64,000 bases of DNA from Promethearchaeota archaeon (GTDB lineage: Archaea > Asgardarchaeota > Lokiarchaeia > Sigyniarchaeales > SOKP01). The position numbers were made by a program, and so were the translations under genes. A model generated the notes under the pieces. It was not told the DNA's origin and ran no database searches. It saw only the letters and a list, made by a program, of their open reading frames with translations. This document shows, piece after piece, positions 48,880-58,391 of the stretch. Position 1 is the stretch's first letter. The number at the start of each line of letters is the position of its first letter. The stretch lies in NCBI GenBank assembly GCA_030599585.1, contig JAUVNS010000004.1, positions 256,001 to 320,000 on the forward strand, in the 5' to 3' direction.

Positions 48880-49743
48880 TTAAATTATTGAGCCTGAAAG
48901 AGAATGTTTACATGTGCACTCATTTTCAAAATCAATTTTAGGTATTGTTAGTTCTAACATTTTCATTAAGTTTACCGAGTTTTTCTCCATCGTATTTAAG
49001 ATTTCTTCTATACTCACAGCAAGTTTCTTCACGGGCCCTCCACAGGTCTCACAATATTCTTTAATTTCCACGACTCCACAATTCTGGCATTCCCCTGCCC
49101 ACACATCTAAATCAGTTACCATAGCAATACAACTGTAAAAAATCTCCTTTTCAGCTGCGAGGACTACCTCGGGGTAAGTTGTCATTCCTATGATATCTCC
49201 TCCCCATTGTCTAAACATTTTAGATTCGGCTCTTGTCGAAAATCGAGGACCTTCAATACAAATGTATGTACCACCCTTTTGAATATTTAATCCTTCAATA
49301 TTTTTTCCAGTTTCGTAAAAGAGATTATTAAGATAACTACAATATGGATCTGCTTGGTCAATATGACACACTTGTCCACCCTCATAAAAAGTATCTAACC
49401 TCTTTTTTGTTCTATCTATGTATTGATCTACTATGATAAATTTACCTTTATCGTGCTCCTTTTTTAAAGATCCAACTGCTGATGGTGAGATTATTCCCTT
49501 GACTCCCAATTCTTTCAACGCCCATATATTAGCTCTAGAATTTACCTTGTGCGGAGGAATTATATGACCTTTACCATGTCGTGAAATAAATGCAACCTTT
49601 TTACCTTCAAACTCACCAACCTGAATAAAATCAGAAGTATGGCCATAAGGTGTATAAATTTTTAGCTCTTCAACATTATCAAGTTCTATATCTGAGCCAG
49701 TTCCTCCAATTATTCCAATTTCAGCTTTACCTTCAAATTTCAT
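48880..49743 (-). CDS. mtnP: S-methyl-5'-thioadenosine/inosine phosphorylase with Zn-ribbon insertion
   Basis: IGIIGGTG, TPYG, RHG-x-x-H, RANIWAL, EGPRFSTRAES, GMT, VTDLD. Confidence 0.9.
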   Translation of the reverse strand: MKFEGKAEIGIIGGTGSDIELDNVEELKIYTPYGHTSDFIQVGEFEGKKVAFISRHGKGHIIPPHKVNSRANIWALKELGVKGIISPSAVGSLKKEHDKGKFIIVDQYIDRTKKRLDTFYEGGQVCHIDQADPYCSYLNNLFYETGKNIEGLNIQKGGTYICIEGPRFSTRAESKMFRQWGGDIIGMTTYPEVVLAAEKEIFYSCIAMVTDLDVWAGECQNCGVVEIKEYCETCGGPVKKLAVSIEEILNTMEKNSVNLMKMLELTIPKIDFENECTCKHSLSGSII

Positions 49744-49863
49744 AATTTAAATCCCATTTTTTTAAGTCTGAATTTAAGTAAATAAAAAACTTGATATTTT
49801 TGGATTGTTTTAACTATGTAAAAAGTTTTTTGATATTTATTGAAAATTAGTAGAGTTTTTTAA

Positions 49864-51168
49864 ATGGCAAAAATTACATTTTTAGGGTGCTGTAGAGAAG
49901 TCGGACGCTCAGCAATATTAATCGAATCAAAAAGTGGAGCACAATGCATTCTAGATTACGGGATTAGATTTAAAGGGGAAGAACGGTTACCACTTAAAGG
50001 GGATATTCATAATCTTAAAGCAATTGCTCTTTCTCATTGTCATGTTGACCATTCTGGAGGATTGCCATTTTTATTTAAAGATAGCGACATCCCGTTTTTC
50101 ACCAATCCGTTAACACTAAGAATTTCAGAAATCTTACTTCAAGATATGATTAAAATTTCTAATTATCCCTACCCTTTCGGATACAGAGAGCTTAAAAAAA
50201 TTAGAAAAAATGCTTTATTTTTAAAAAATGGAGTGCGCCAAAAAATAGATCATGAGTTTTATCTTACATTTTTCAGTGCAGGACATATCCCCGGTTCTGT
50301 TTCTATTTTAGTTGAAGTCGATAAGAAGAAAATACTCTATACCGGCGACATCAACAACCAAGAAACAAACCTAATTTCTCCGGCTAACCCTCACGATTTA
50401 CCTGAGATAGATGCTCTAATTACAGAATCCACCTATTCTAATAGAGATCATCCCTTAAGAGAAGAACTCGAAAAAAGTTTTATTGAAGATACTGTAAACA
50501 CCATTGAGAACGGTGGGAGTGTTTTAATCCCTGCTTTTGGGGTTGCTCGATCACAGGAAATTTTGCTTGTTTTAGAAAAGTACAATTACAAAAACGATGT
50601 TTACATCGATGGGCTAGCTAGGAAAATTTTAACAGAGTATTCTCATTTTCCTGAGTCATTCCGTGATTTTGCTCGCTTTAAGTCAGCAGCGAAAAAGGCT
50701 CAATTCGTTTCTAAGGAAAAGAGAAAGAAAATTGGAGGAAAGTCTCGAGCTTTGATTATATCTCCGTCAGGTATGTTAAAAGGTGGAGCTGCTATAGATT
50801 ATATCCCAACTTTTTTAGATGATCCAAATTCTGCTGTTTTTTTAGTTGGGTATCAAGTAGAGGGGACCCCTGGTAGAAAATTAGTTGATGAAAAAATTTT
50901 TGAGTTTAAAGAGAAAGGCAGAAGAAATTTCCAATCTCGAGATATGTTAATTAAAGCAAAGTGTAAAATAGAATACTTTGACTTCTCAAGTCACGCAGAT
51001 AAAGTCCACCTAAACGAATATATTAATCAACTTAAATTTCGCGATAACTCTAATTTTATTTTTTGCGTACACGGAGATGAGAAAGCAACGACTTCCTTTG
51101 CTCACAATTTATCAAAAAAAATTTATAATTCTGTAGCACCAGAGATAGGAGAAAGCTATCTATTATAG
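49864..51168 (+). CDS. MBL-fold beta-CASP ribonuclease (no KH domains; aCPSF2-like)
   Basis: EVGRSA, LSHCHVDHSG, AGHIPGS, YTGD, ESTY, GYQVEGTPGR, FSSHAD, VHGD. Confidence 0.9.
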   Translation: MAKITFLGCCREVGRSAILIESKSGAQCILDYGIRFKGEERLPLKGDIHNLKAIALSHCHVDHSGGLPFLFKDSDIPFFTNPLTLRISEILLQDMIKISNYPYPFGYRELKKIRKNALFLKNGVRQKIDHEFYLTFFSAGHIPGSVSILVEVDKKKILYTGDINNQETNLISPANPHDLPEIDALITESTYSNRDHPLREELEKSFIEDTVNTIENGGSVLIPAFGVARSQEILLVLEKYNYKNDVYIDGLARKILTEYSHFPESFRDFARFKSAAKKAQFVSKEKRKKIGGKSRALIISPSGMLKGGAAIDYIPTFLDDPNSAVFLVGYQVEGTPGRKLVDEKIFEFKEKGRRNFQSRDMLIKAKCKIEYFDFSSHADKVHLNEYINQLKFRDNSNFIFCVHGDEKATTSFAHNLSKKIYNSVAPEIGESYLL

Positions 51169-51192
51169 AAAGTAATATTTTAAATTAAATTT

Positions 51193-52710
51193 CTAATTCT
51201 CTCGCAATTGTTTTTCAATTACTCTGTCACAATTTTCTAAAAAAACATCTATTTTATTTATTGGTACTTTCGTACCTGCCGCTGGGGGATGTCCACCGCC
51301 TAGGGCTTCTAAATTTGAAAGTTCTAAAGCTTCTCTAATTGCTTCTGAAAGATTTACGCCCTTTTCTACAATATTTTTGTGAGCTCTCCCCGATATTTTG
51401 TACACATCCTCGTCCTTTCTTTTTGCGCACCCAAAAATTGGTTTATTTATGTCAATAATACCACTTTTACTAAATATTAACATGGAAGCGATAGTACCTA
51501 CAATGTTTTCAAAGATAACATTTTCGCCAAAAAAATATTGGATATTGTTTTTGTATTGGATTTTATCCTCATCCTTTAACCACGATAACGCTTGACCTAA
51601 GGATTTCTTATAATTTAACATATTATCCTTCGCTTTATTATAAGCAATTCTTCTATCACCCATTGCTATAGCAATTCCTAAAGATGCGTTATCACTCCTT
51701 CCGCACGAATTCAATAGATACGCAAAATCATTTAAATCATGTAATTGTGATCCCACAATTTCGTTCTTCAAAATATACCTTTTTATGATAAGCTTCTCTA
51801 TAATTTCAGAAGGCTCTATATTTAACTTTAGAGACATATACTCTATAATTGCAGAGGAAATTTTTTGTTTTTCTTCTTGATTAAGGTCATTCAGGGTTTT
51901 TATGTCTCCTTGCGAATTTTCCATTAAAATCCCTAATGATTTTAAGAATTTTAGCATCTTACTTGTATTATCACTTAATCCTGGAAGATTTATTTCACTT
52001 GAATATGAGATTGCTTCATTTAAAGGTTTAATCGATGAAAAATTTAAATCGTTGTTCACTTCAACTAAATCTGCTTTTGTGGCATCTTTTAAAATTACCG
52101 AATTTAATCCCGTAAACGAATTATTAGGACCTCGACTTTGAATATCTCCCGTTGCTCCTACAAGCGCAATAGGAGATAAATCGATATTTTTCTGGTTTAA
52201 AGTTTTTACAAAAAGATAACAAATCCCCGCCCCAGAAATTTCACCGCTACCATCAAATTCGTAAAAATAAGGGTTTATGTGCCAAGGTCTTGAATTTGAG
52301 TAAATTTCTTTAATTTTATCATCGTTTTTATCCGAGATATTTTGAGGTAAATGGTGATCTAATATAATAAAAGGAACATTGTTATCGAAATTATTTAGTT
52401 TTTCAGTGAGTTCTAAATATTGACCACTTCCAAAATCAGCAAAAATTAAGAATTTCTTATTATCCTTAGAATTTTCTGCAATTTTTATTATCTCTTCTCT
52501 TTCCAACTGCCTTAAAACGGTAATTTGAAATGGAATTTTTTCTCTATATAACGCCTTTCCGAGAATCGCTCCAGCCGATAATCCATCGGCATCAAGATGT
52601 GTATAGATATGTACGGTTGATTCTAATTTTGGTAGATGGTCTAAAAACCAATTTTTAGCCTTAATAAGATCAGAATTTAATAACTCAAGGTTTGTTGTTC
52701 TTTTATTCAT
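51193..52710 (-). CDS. Archaeal RecJ/GAN (Cdc45-related) DHH phosphoesterase
   Basis: HLDADG, DFGSG, LDHH, INP, GATGDIQ, LLNSCGR, KISGR, GGGHPPAAG. Confidence 0.9.
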   Translation of the reverse strand: MNKRTTNLELLNSDLIKAKNWFLDHLPKLESTVHIYTHLDADGLSAGAILGKALYREKIPFQITVLRQLEREEIIKIAENSKDNKKFLIFADFGSGQYLELTEKLNNFDNNVPFIILDHHLPQNISDKNDDKIKEIYSNSRPWHINPYFYEFDGSGEISGAGICYLFVKTLNQKNIDLSPIALVGATGDIQSRGPNNSFTGLNSVILKDATKADLVEVNNDLNFSSIKPLNEAISYSSEINLPGLSDNTSKMLKFLKSLGILMENSQGDIKTLNDLNQEEKQKISSAIIEYMSLKLNIEPSEIIEKLIIKRYILKNEIVGSQLHDLNDFAYLLNSCGRSDNASLGIAIAMGDRRIAYNKAKDNMLNYKKSLGQALSWLKDEDKIQYKNNIQYFFGENVIFENIVGTIASMLIFSKSGIIDINKPIFGCAKRKDEDVYKISGRAHKNIVEKGVNLSEAIREALELSNLEALGGGHPPAAGTKVPINKIDVFLENCDRVIEKQLREN

Positions 52711-52794
52711 TTTTTATAAAATTTTAAAATAAACTTAATTTAATATATAAAAATAAGATTTTAATAATAAATACTCAATTAAAAAAAAACTTAA

Positions 52795-53802
52795 GTGAAA
52801 AATATGACACACCACATTAAAATAAACGAGTTAACTTTAAAATTTGTTAATAAAATAATAGAGAATAAAGAATATTACAAAACAGAAATAATTCAATATG
52901 ATAATGGAGCAACTGTCTTAGATATGACAGACACATCATGGAATGGAGGAAAAATGTTTGGAGAAATTTGTATGGGTGGATTAGGAACGGTCGATTTTGC
53001 ATCTTACAAATTAGATGAACATTTTATACCAAGCGTTAATGTTCGCACCTCACAACCTTTAATATCATGTATGGCGTCACAATTAGCTGGATGGAAAGTA
53101 AAATTAAAAAAAGAAATTGAAAAGGACGGAGAAATTAAAAAAAAAAAAGTTTTTGAATCTTTGGGATCAGGACCAGCTCGAGCAAAAAGTAAAGTCGAGA
53201 AATTATTTGATGAAATTGACTATGAAGATGATTCTGATTGTGCCATTATCGCCTTTGAAACTCCAAAACTACCAACTGAAGAAGTAATGGCTTTGGTAGC
53301 CGAAAAGTGCAAAGTTGGACCTGATAAAACATATGCACTTTGTGCTCCAACAGCGTGTTTAACTGGTTCGATACAAGTAGCTGCGAGAATAGTCGAAACT
53401 GGAATGCATAAATTACATGAAATAAAATTTCCTCTTGGTGTCATTAAGGATGGTTTTGGAACAACAACGATTGCCCCAATTGCTAAAGACGATCTTGGAG
53501 CCATGGGACGAACTAACGATTCCATAATAGCTACAGGTATGACATACTATACTATAGAGGTTGAAAAAGACGAACAAGACGATTTATTTGAACTACTGAA
53601 AAAAGCCCCTGCTAATACCTCAAAAAGCTATGGTAAACCATTTTTAGAGACATTTAAAGCAGCAAATTACGATTTCTACGCAATTGATCCTGGTTTATTT
53701 GCACCCGCGACTTACACTGTAACAAATACAACAACCGGAAAGACTGTTACTGTTGGTGAAATTAACCACAAATTACTAAAGGAGTCCTATAAATTAAACT
53801 AG
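52795..53802 (+). CDS. mch: Methenyl-H4MPT cyclohydrolase
   Basis: ICMGGLG, CMASQLAGW, LGSGPARA, APTACLTGSIQVAARIVETG, AMGRTND, DFYAIDPGLFAPA. Confidence 0.95.
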   Translation: MKNMTHHIKINELTLKFVNKIIENKEYYKTEIIQYDNGATVLDMTDTSWNGGKMFGEICMGGLGTVDFASYKLDEHFIPSVNVRTSQPLISCMASQLAGWKVKLKKEIEKDGEIKKKKVFESLGSGPARAKSKVEKLFDEIDYEDDSDCAIIAFETPKLPTEEVMALVAEKCKVGPDKTYALCAPTACLTGSIQVAARIVETGMHKLHEIKFPLGVIKDGFGTTTIAPIAKDDLGAMGRTNDSIIATGMTYYTIEVEKDEQDDLFELLKKAPANTSKSYGKPFLETFKAANYDFYAIDPGLFAPATYTVTNTTTGKTVTVGEINHKLLKESYKLN

Positions 53803-53862
53803 AATTTGATTGGTAAATTTATCTACTATTTCTTTTTATATTATTTGCATTCAAACTAAAAT

Positions 53863-55044
53863 TTAAAAATTAGTTAATTCATGTTGATATTTTAATATCT
53901 CTGCATCAGAGATATCTTTGTCAAATTCTATTTGATGTGGGACACCCAAATACGCGCACGCAATTTTAGCAGCAGCAGCAATTTCCGCTTTTTTTAATGT
54001 TAATGAATATTCATCTACTGACTGCACTGGATCCTCATAATTTGCTCGACGAATATTACTTCTATTTTGAAAGGATTCCTCGTAATTCATTCCATCATAA
54101 GTTTTCTTTTCTTTTAGCTGAAATGACCTCTCAGATTTCATTTTAGATAATAAAGACCCCATTTTATCTGCAACATTAAAAGGAAGTTCATTACGCAGTA
54201 TCAATCTTATCATGTTGTTGATGTCAAAATAATTTAGAGTATCATATTTAACTCTTAAATAACTTTTTAGATTATCCTGGTTTGCTTGACACTCGATTTC
54301 AGTCCAATCGTGAATTGCTAGTCTTCTTCTTAGAAAAATTAATTCCCAATCTATTCCGAGCTCTTTTAAAAATTCAAGTAGTTTATTATTGTTAGGTTTT
54401 CTTGATTCTATTATTATAAATAATTGCAAACCATAATATTTATGTTCTTGTTGGAGAAAATATCCTCGTTGTTGCATAGACGCGAGAATTTTAATTTTAA
54501 TAGAATAAATATCGTCGGATACATCTCTCTTCTCACACTTTAAGTATATTACATTTCCTTCTTCACTCACATATTCACTATCTAAAAAGCCTACGAAACT
54601 TTCCTTATTTTCTTGTATAAAATTTTTCAACCCAGATAAAGTTGGTTTAACATCGTATTTTATTAAATCTTTTTCTCTGATTGAAACATAATCGGTATTA
54701 CTTCCCCCTACAGCCAATTTAATGGATCGTAGCCTTAACTCTTTCTCTTCTCCAAAAACTATTTTAAACGCATCGATTAGAGGAAATACTTCTTCTTCCA
54801 ATATGTTAAGATTAGCCATCGAACTTTCAAAAGGTTGGGGATTCTCCGAAATTTTGTTTAGTATTGGTGCTTCAGAGGCATCTACTTCAATATCATAGTC
54901 TTTCGCTAAATTCTTCCGAACGACACAGACCGACCTCCTTTTCTCGTTATACATAGAAAGAGTCGTTGAATTGTTAATAACCGCACGGAATTGTTCAGTG
55001 GATTTCTCTTCAGATCCTTTAGATTTAAGTTTTCTTTTTCCCAT
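53863..55044 (-). CDS. Hypothetical protein
   Basis: 393-aa ORF with AGGT upstream; no motif recognised. Confidence 0.7.
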   Translation of the reverse strand: MGKRKLKSKGSEEKSTEQFRAVINNSTTLSMYNEKRRSVCVVRKNLAKDYDIEVDASEAPILNKISENPQPFESSMANLNILEEEVFPLIDAFKIVFGEEKELRLRSIKLAVGGSNTDYVSIREKDLIKYDVKPTLSGLKNFIQENKESFVGFLDSEYVSEEGNVIYLKCEKRDVSDDIYSIKIKILASMQQRGYFLQQEHKYYGLQLFIIIESRKPNNNKLLEFLKELGIDWELIFLRRRLAIHDWTEIECQANQDNLKSYLRVKYDTLNYFDINNMIRLILRNELPFNVADKMGSLLSKMKSERSFQLKEKKTYDGMNYEESFQNRSNIRRANYEDPVQSVDEYSLTLKKAEIAAAAKIACAYLGVPHQIEFDKDISDAEILKYQHELTNF

Positions 55045-55329
55045 AAACGCTACCTTCGAATAATGAGTAACTTATTCTATTTCTGATTAAGTAAAAAAAT
55101 AGCAATCTTATAATTTTATGTATATGGAATTATAATAGTCTCTAAGATGGTCTTTTATCTCTATTAATTACTTAATTTCTCTCTATTAAAAATAATAAAG
55201 ACTCTTAATTTACTATTATATTAAACTCTTCTTAAAACTGAGAACGAAATAATTCTGCTCAATAGATAAGGAAAAATCAATTCAAATAGAAAAGGATCAC
55301 TAAATGTTGTTGTTAAATTACTTTCCGTA

Positions 55330-55524
55330 TTAATCTAATTCCTCTTCTAAGTAATATTTGTCATCTTTTTTAATATAAACCACTGTTGAGCCAAAATTAT
55401 TACGAACCGTATATTTATTATCGTCAACTTCTAATAATTCTATCGAATATGGTATTCTTCTGTTTTTTAGAATATCTTCAACGATTTCTTTTTCTTCTAA
55501 AGCATCCATATCTATAATTATCAA
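55330..55524 (-). CDS. Small acidic hypothetical protein
   Basis: About 60-aa ORF with protein-like composition, downstream of a same-strand gene. Confidence 0.6.
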   Translation of the reverse strand: MIIIDMDALEEKEIVEDILKNRRIPYSIELLEVDDNKYTVRNNFGSTVVYIKKDDKYYLEEELD

Positions 55525-55581
55525 ACAATTAAAAAAAATTTTGTGATTTTAGAATGATTTCGAATATATAATTTAATACAA

Positions 55582-56064
55582 CTATTCAGAAGCCTTTCCT
55601 GTAATCAACTTAATCTCTAATTTTAGTAAGCAAGTGTTATTATAGGATTCTTCACTTTTAAAGAATCTTTTCTTTAATTTACTTGGATTATCTTCCAAGT
55701 GTTTTAACATTATATCAAATGCATGCTTTTTTTCATCCAAGTCTTCTAGAATTGTCATGTTTCCCCAAAAAACAATGGAGCGGTATTTATGAGAGCAAGC
55801 ACTCTTAACATAGCCTAAATCTTCTAATATTGTGCCACAAACTTTTTTATTTTCCTTTAAATACTTTAATTTTAATCCCTTTTGAGCGCTATGAAAGTAC
55901 AAGCAATTATGTATCTCGTCAAAACCATAACTAAGCGTTACTATATACGGTTCGCCGTTTCTACACATAGAAATTGTTGAAAACTTACCTTTTTTCAAAA
56001 TTTCCATTAAGACTCTCTTGTCTAAAATTTCCCTATCCTTTTTTTGCATGTGATATTTCTGCAT
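55582..56064 (-). CDS. Pyridoxamine 5'-phosphate oxidase-like / NimA-family flavin-binding protein
   Basis: PYIVTLSYG, LYFHSA-x-x-G-x-K, YRSIVFWG, ITGK. Confidence 0.88.
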   Translation of the reverse strand: MQKYHMQKKDREILDKRVLMEILKKGKFSTISMCRNGEPYIVTLSYGFDEIHNCLYFHSAQKGLKLKYLKENKKVCGTILEDLGYVKSACSHKYRSIVFWGNMTILEDLDEKKHAFDIMLKHLEDNPSKLKKRFFKSEESYNNTCLLKLEIKLITGKASE

Positions 56065-56326
56065 AGTTTTTACTCACCTACTTAAACAAATTTTGTATCT
56101 AAATTAACCATGATTAAAAATTTTCGATTGGTAATAATTCCTCTGGATATTACTATAATATTTAAAAAAATAGTTTCAATTTTAAAATATCACATATAAA
56201 ACTAACGGTTTTAACTATTTTATTAAGAAACAGTGAAAATTTTAATAAAAGAAACAGTTTAAAAACCTAGATAGATGTTTATATATATATAATACTATTA
56301 ATGATATTTATTAGGGGTCTGTAGTC

Positions 56327-57574
56327 GTGGTAAAAAGTGTTTTTGATATTGGATTCTTCAGCACCATGTATAGCCAAATCAACGGGACCGCTCACGCAGT
56401 AAGATTTCTATCAGAAGCAATTGCTAATCTCGGACACAATGTTCATGTCTTTGCACCACGAATTCAAAATGGCTACAAAATTCCAAAAACATTGCATTTT
56501 CACGAAATTGGAGGAGCTATTATTGGTCATAACACTGGCTTTGTTCTAAGTGCTCCTATACACAAGATCTTTTTCTGTAAACATGATTATTTAGATATTG
56601 CCCATATTCATACACATGCCGTTGTAGGATCAATGGCTATAAATTGGGCTAAGTATCTAGGTATTCCAATGATAGGGACTCACAATAGTCCAATGCAATA
56701 CTATACTGCTCAGTACGTTCCCGTAATCGGTAAGCTATTAACAAAAGGCGACCTGATCTGGAGATATGAGCGCCACATTGTTGATAAGTATGATTTTGTT
56801 CATGTCGCTACAAAATCAAAAAAAGATTTACTACGAGATTATAGGTTCAAAGAACCAATAGTGTGCATGACTAATGGAATTCGCGACTTGTATTACACAA
56901 ATTTAAAAGAAAATGGAATTCGTGAGAAATATGGATTAGAAGGAAAGAAAGTTCTTTTATATGCCTCACGATTATCTCCTGAAAAACACCCCATAGATAT
57001 AATTAAAACTTTTAAAAGAGTCCATGACGAAGTTCCTGACGCCCATCTTTTGCTAGTTGGGAGTGCTGGACCTTCAAAGGACCAAGTAAAAAGAATAATT
57101 AAAAAGAAACAGTATAGAGATTTCGTATCTTATGCTGGAAGAGTTCCTTTTCCCGATTTACTAAAATTATACGATACTGCGGATTTGACTTGTTTATGGT
57201 CGTGGATTGAAGCTGAAGGACTTGTATTGCTTGAAGCAATGGCTCAAGGAACTCCAAATGTTGGAGCTAATGCATGCGGAATCAGTAATATAATTCGGCA
57301 CGGTAAAACTGGTTATTTAGCCAACAACCTTGATCAGTTTAAAGACTATGTTGTTGAATTGTTAAAAAATGATGATCTTAGGGCTGAATTTGGAAAAAAC
57401 GCTCAAAAAGTTGCTCAGGATTATAGAGTAAGTGAGATCGCAAAAACATGGATTAAACTATACAAATTTACAATTGATCAACTTTATCCTTTAAGATACA
57501 ATAAAGCAGATAGGAAACTCCGTGTTGAATTAGTAAAAGAGTTTATACAACAATTACCTCATGCTACTTTTTAA
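56327..57574 (+). CDS. Glycosyltransferase family 4 (GT-B)
   Basis: INGTA, GHNVHVFAP, HIHT, SRLSPEK, EAEGLVLLEAMAQG (E-x7-E). Confidence 0.9.
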   Translation: MVKSVFDIGFFSTMYSQINGTAHAVRFLSEAIANLGHNVHVFAPRIQNGYKIPKTLHFHEIGGAIIGHNTGFVLSAPIHKIFFCKHDYLDIAHIHTHAVVGSMAINWAKYLGIPMIGTHNSPMQYYTAQYVPVIGKLLTKGDLIWRYERHIVDKYDFVHVATKSKKDLLRDYRFKEPIVCMTNGIRDLYYTNLKENGIREKYGLEGKKVLLYASRLSPEKHPIDIIKTFKRVHDEVPDAHLLLVGSAGPSKDQVKRIIKKKQYRDFVSYAGRVPFPDLLKLYDTADLTCLWSWIEAEGLVLLEAMAQGTPNVGANACGISNIIRHGKTGYLANNLDQFKDYVVELLKNDDLRAEFGKNAQKVAQDYRVSEIAKTWIKLYKFTIDQLYPLRYNKADRKLRVELVKEFIQQLPHATF

Positions 57575-58272
57575 AAATTATTCTTTCTTCTAACCTCGTT
57601 TAATTTAGACTGACATTTTTCACAGAGGTTTGCAGATTTATTATCGATCTCTTCTAAATTTTGTGAAAATCGCATAACACAATCTGTGGTAAGACAGTGT
57701 TCAAGGCTAATGATAATATGTCCAATTTCGTGAATTACCTCTTTAATTATCCTACTGCTAAACTTTAAGTTATATCCTGATTCTTCATTTAATTGAGGAA
57801 TCAAATTATGAGTAGAAACTATAGCACACCGGTCGTTAATATTAGATTCTCCAAATAAGAAGAGTAGGCTTTTATCACTACTTGAATAAATAGGTAGGTC
57901 TGTAAGTCCTAAACCTATATTAAAATTGTGTTTTTTCATAAGATTCCTAATAATATTGTATAGTTTGTTGGTTGGTTGGAGGATTACTTCTTTAGAAGTT
58001 TGTTTTAACAAATTATGCTCTTTTCTAATTTCACTTTCATACAAATCTGAGGGAATCTCGCATTCTCCAATAAAAAGAATTTCATAAAAAAATGAGTTGA
58101 ATATTTTATTAATATAAAAATCTAATTTCGTCAAAATGGATGTTGAAATCTTTCCAATAAAAACTATTCCCAAATGGCTTGGATAAATGTATTTTATTGA
58201 GGGATTTTGGCTAGACTGTAAAGGTATTTCTTGATTAATGAAAAAATATTTATTATTTAGATATTTTGGCAT
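57571..58272 (-). CDS. Archaemetzincin-like Zn metalloprotease (peptidase M54)
   Basis: FLFGE, AIVST, KEVIHEIGH, LEHC-x4-CVM-x-FS, LCEKC. Confidence 0.85.
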   Translation of the reverse strand: MPKYLNNKYFFINQEIPLQSSQNPSIKYIYPSHLGIVFIGKISTSILTKLDFYINKIFNSFFYEILFIGECEIPSDLYESEIRKEHNLLKQTSKEVILQPTNKLYNIIRNLMKKHNFNIGLGLTDLPIYSSSDKSLLFLFGESNINDRCAIVSTHNLIPQLNEESGYNLKFSSRIIKEVIHEIGHIIISLEHCLTTDCVMRFSQNLEEIDNKSANLCEKCQSKLNEVRRKNNF

Positions 58273-58391
58273 AATATCATTATTTTACAATACGTTTATA
58301 CGACTTGATAATTCATTATTATTACATATTTAAATTATTAATTATTTTATTAATTTAAATTATTCTTTCAAAATACACATTCTTTAAAATA

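Noticed and set aside
53137-53148. A12 run inside mch as a possible frameshift or phase-variation site
   Set aside because: The frame is intact and encodes KKKK. Poly-A runs are common in this AT-rich sequence.
40638-53802. Interpreting ftr/mtd/mch as evidence of methanogenesis
   Set aside because: No mcr or mtr genes are in the window, and these enzymes are common in non-methanogenic archaea, including Asgard lineages.
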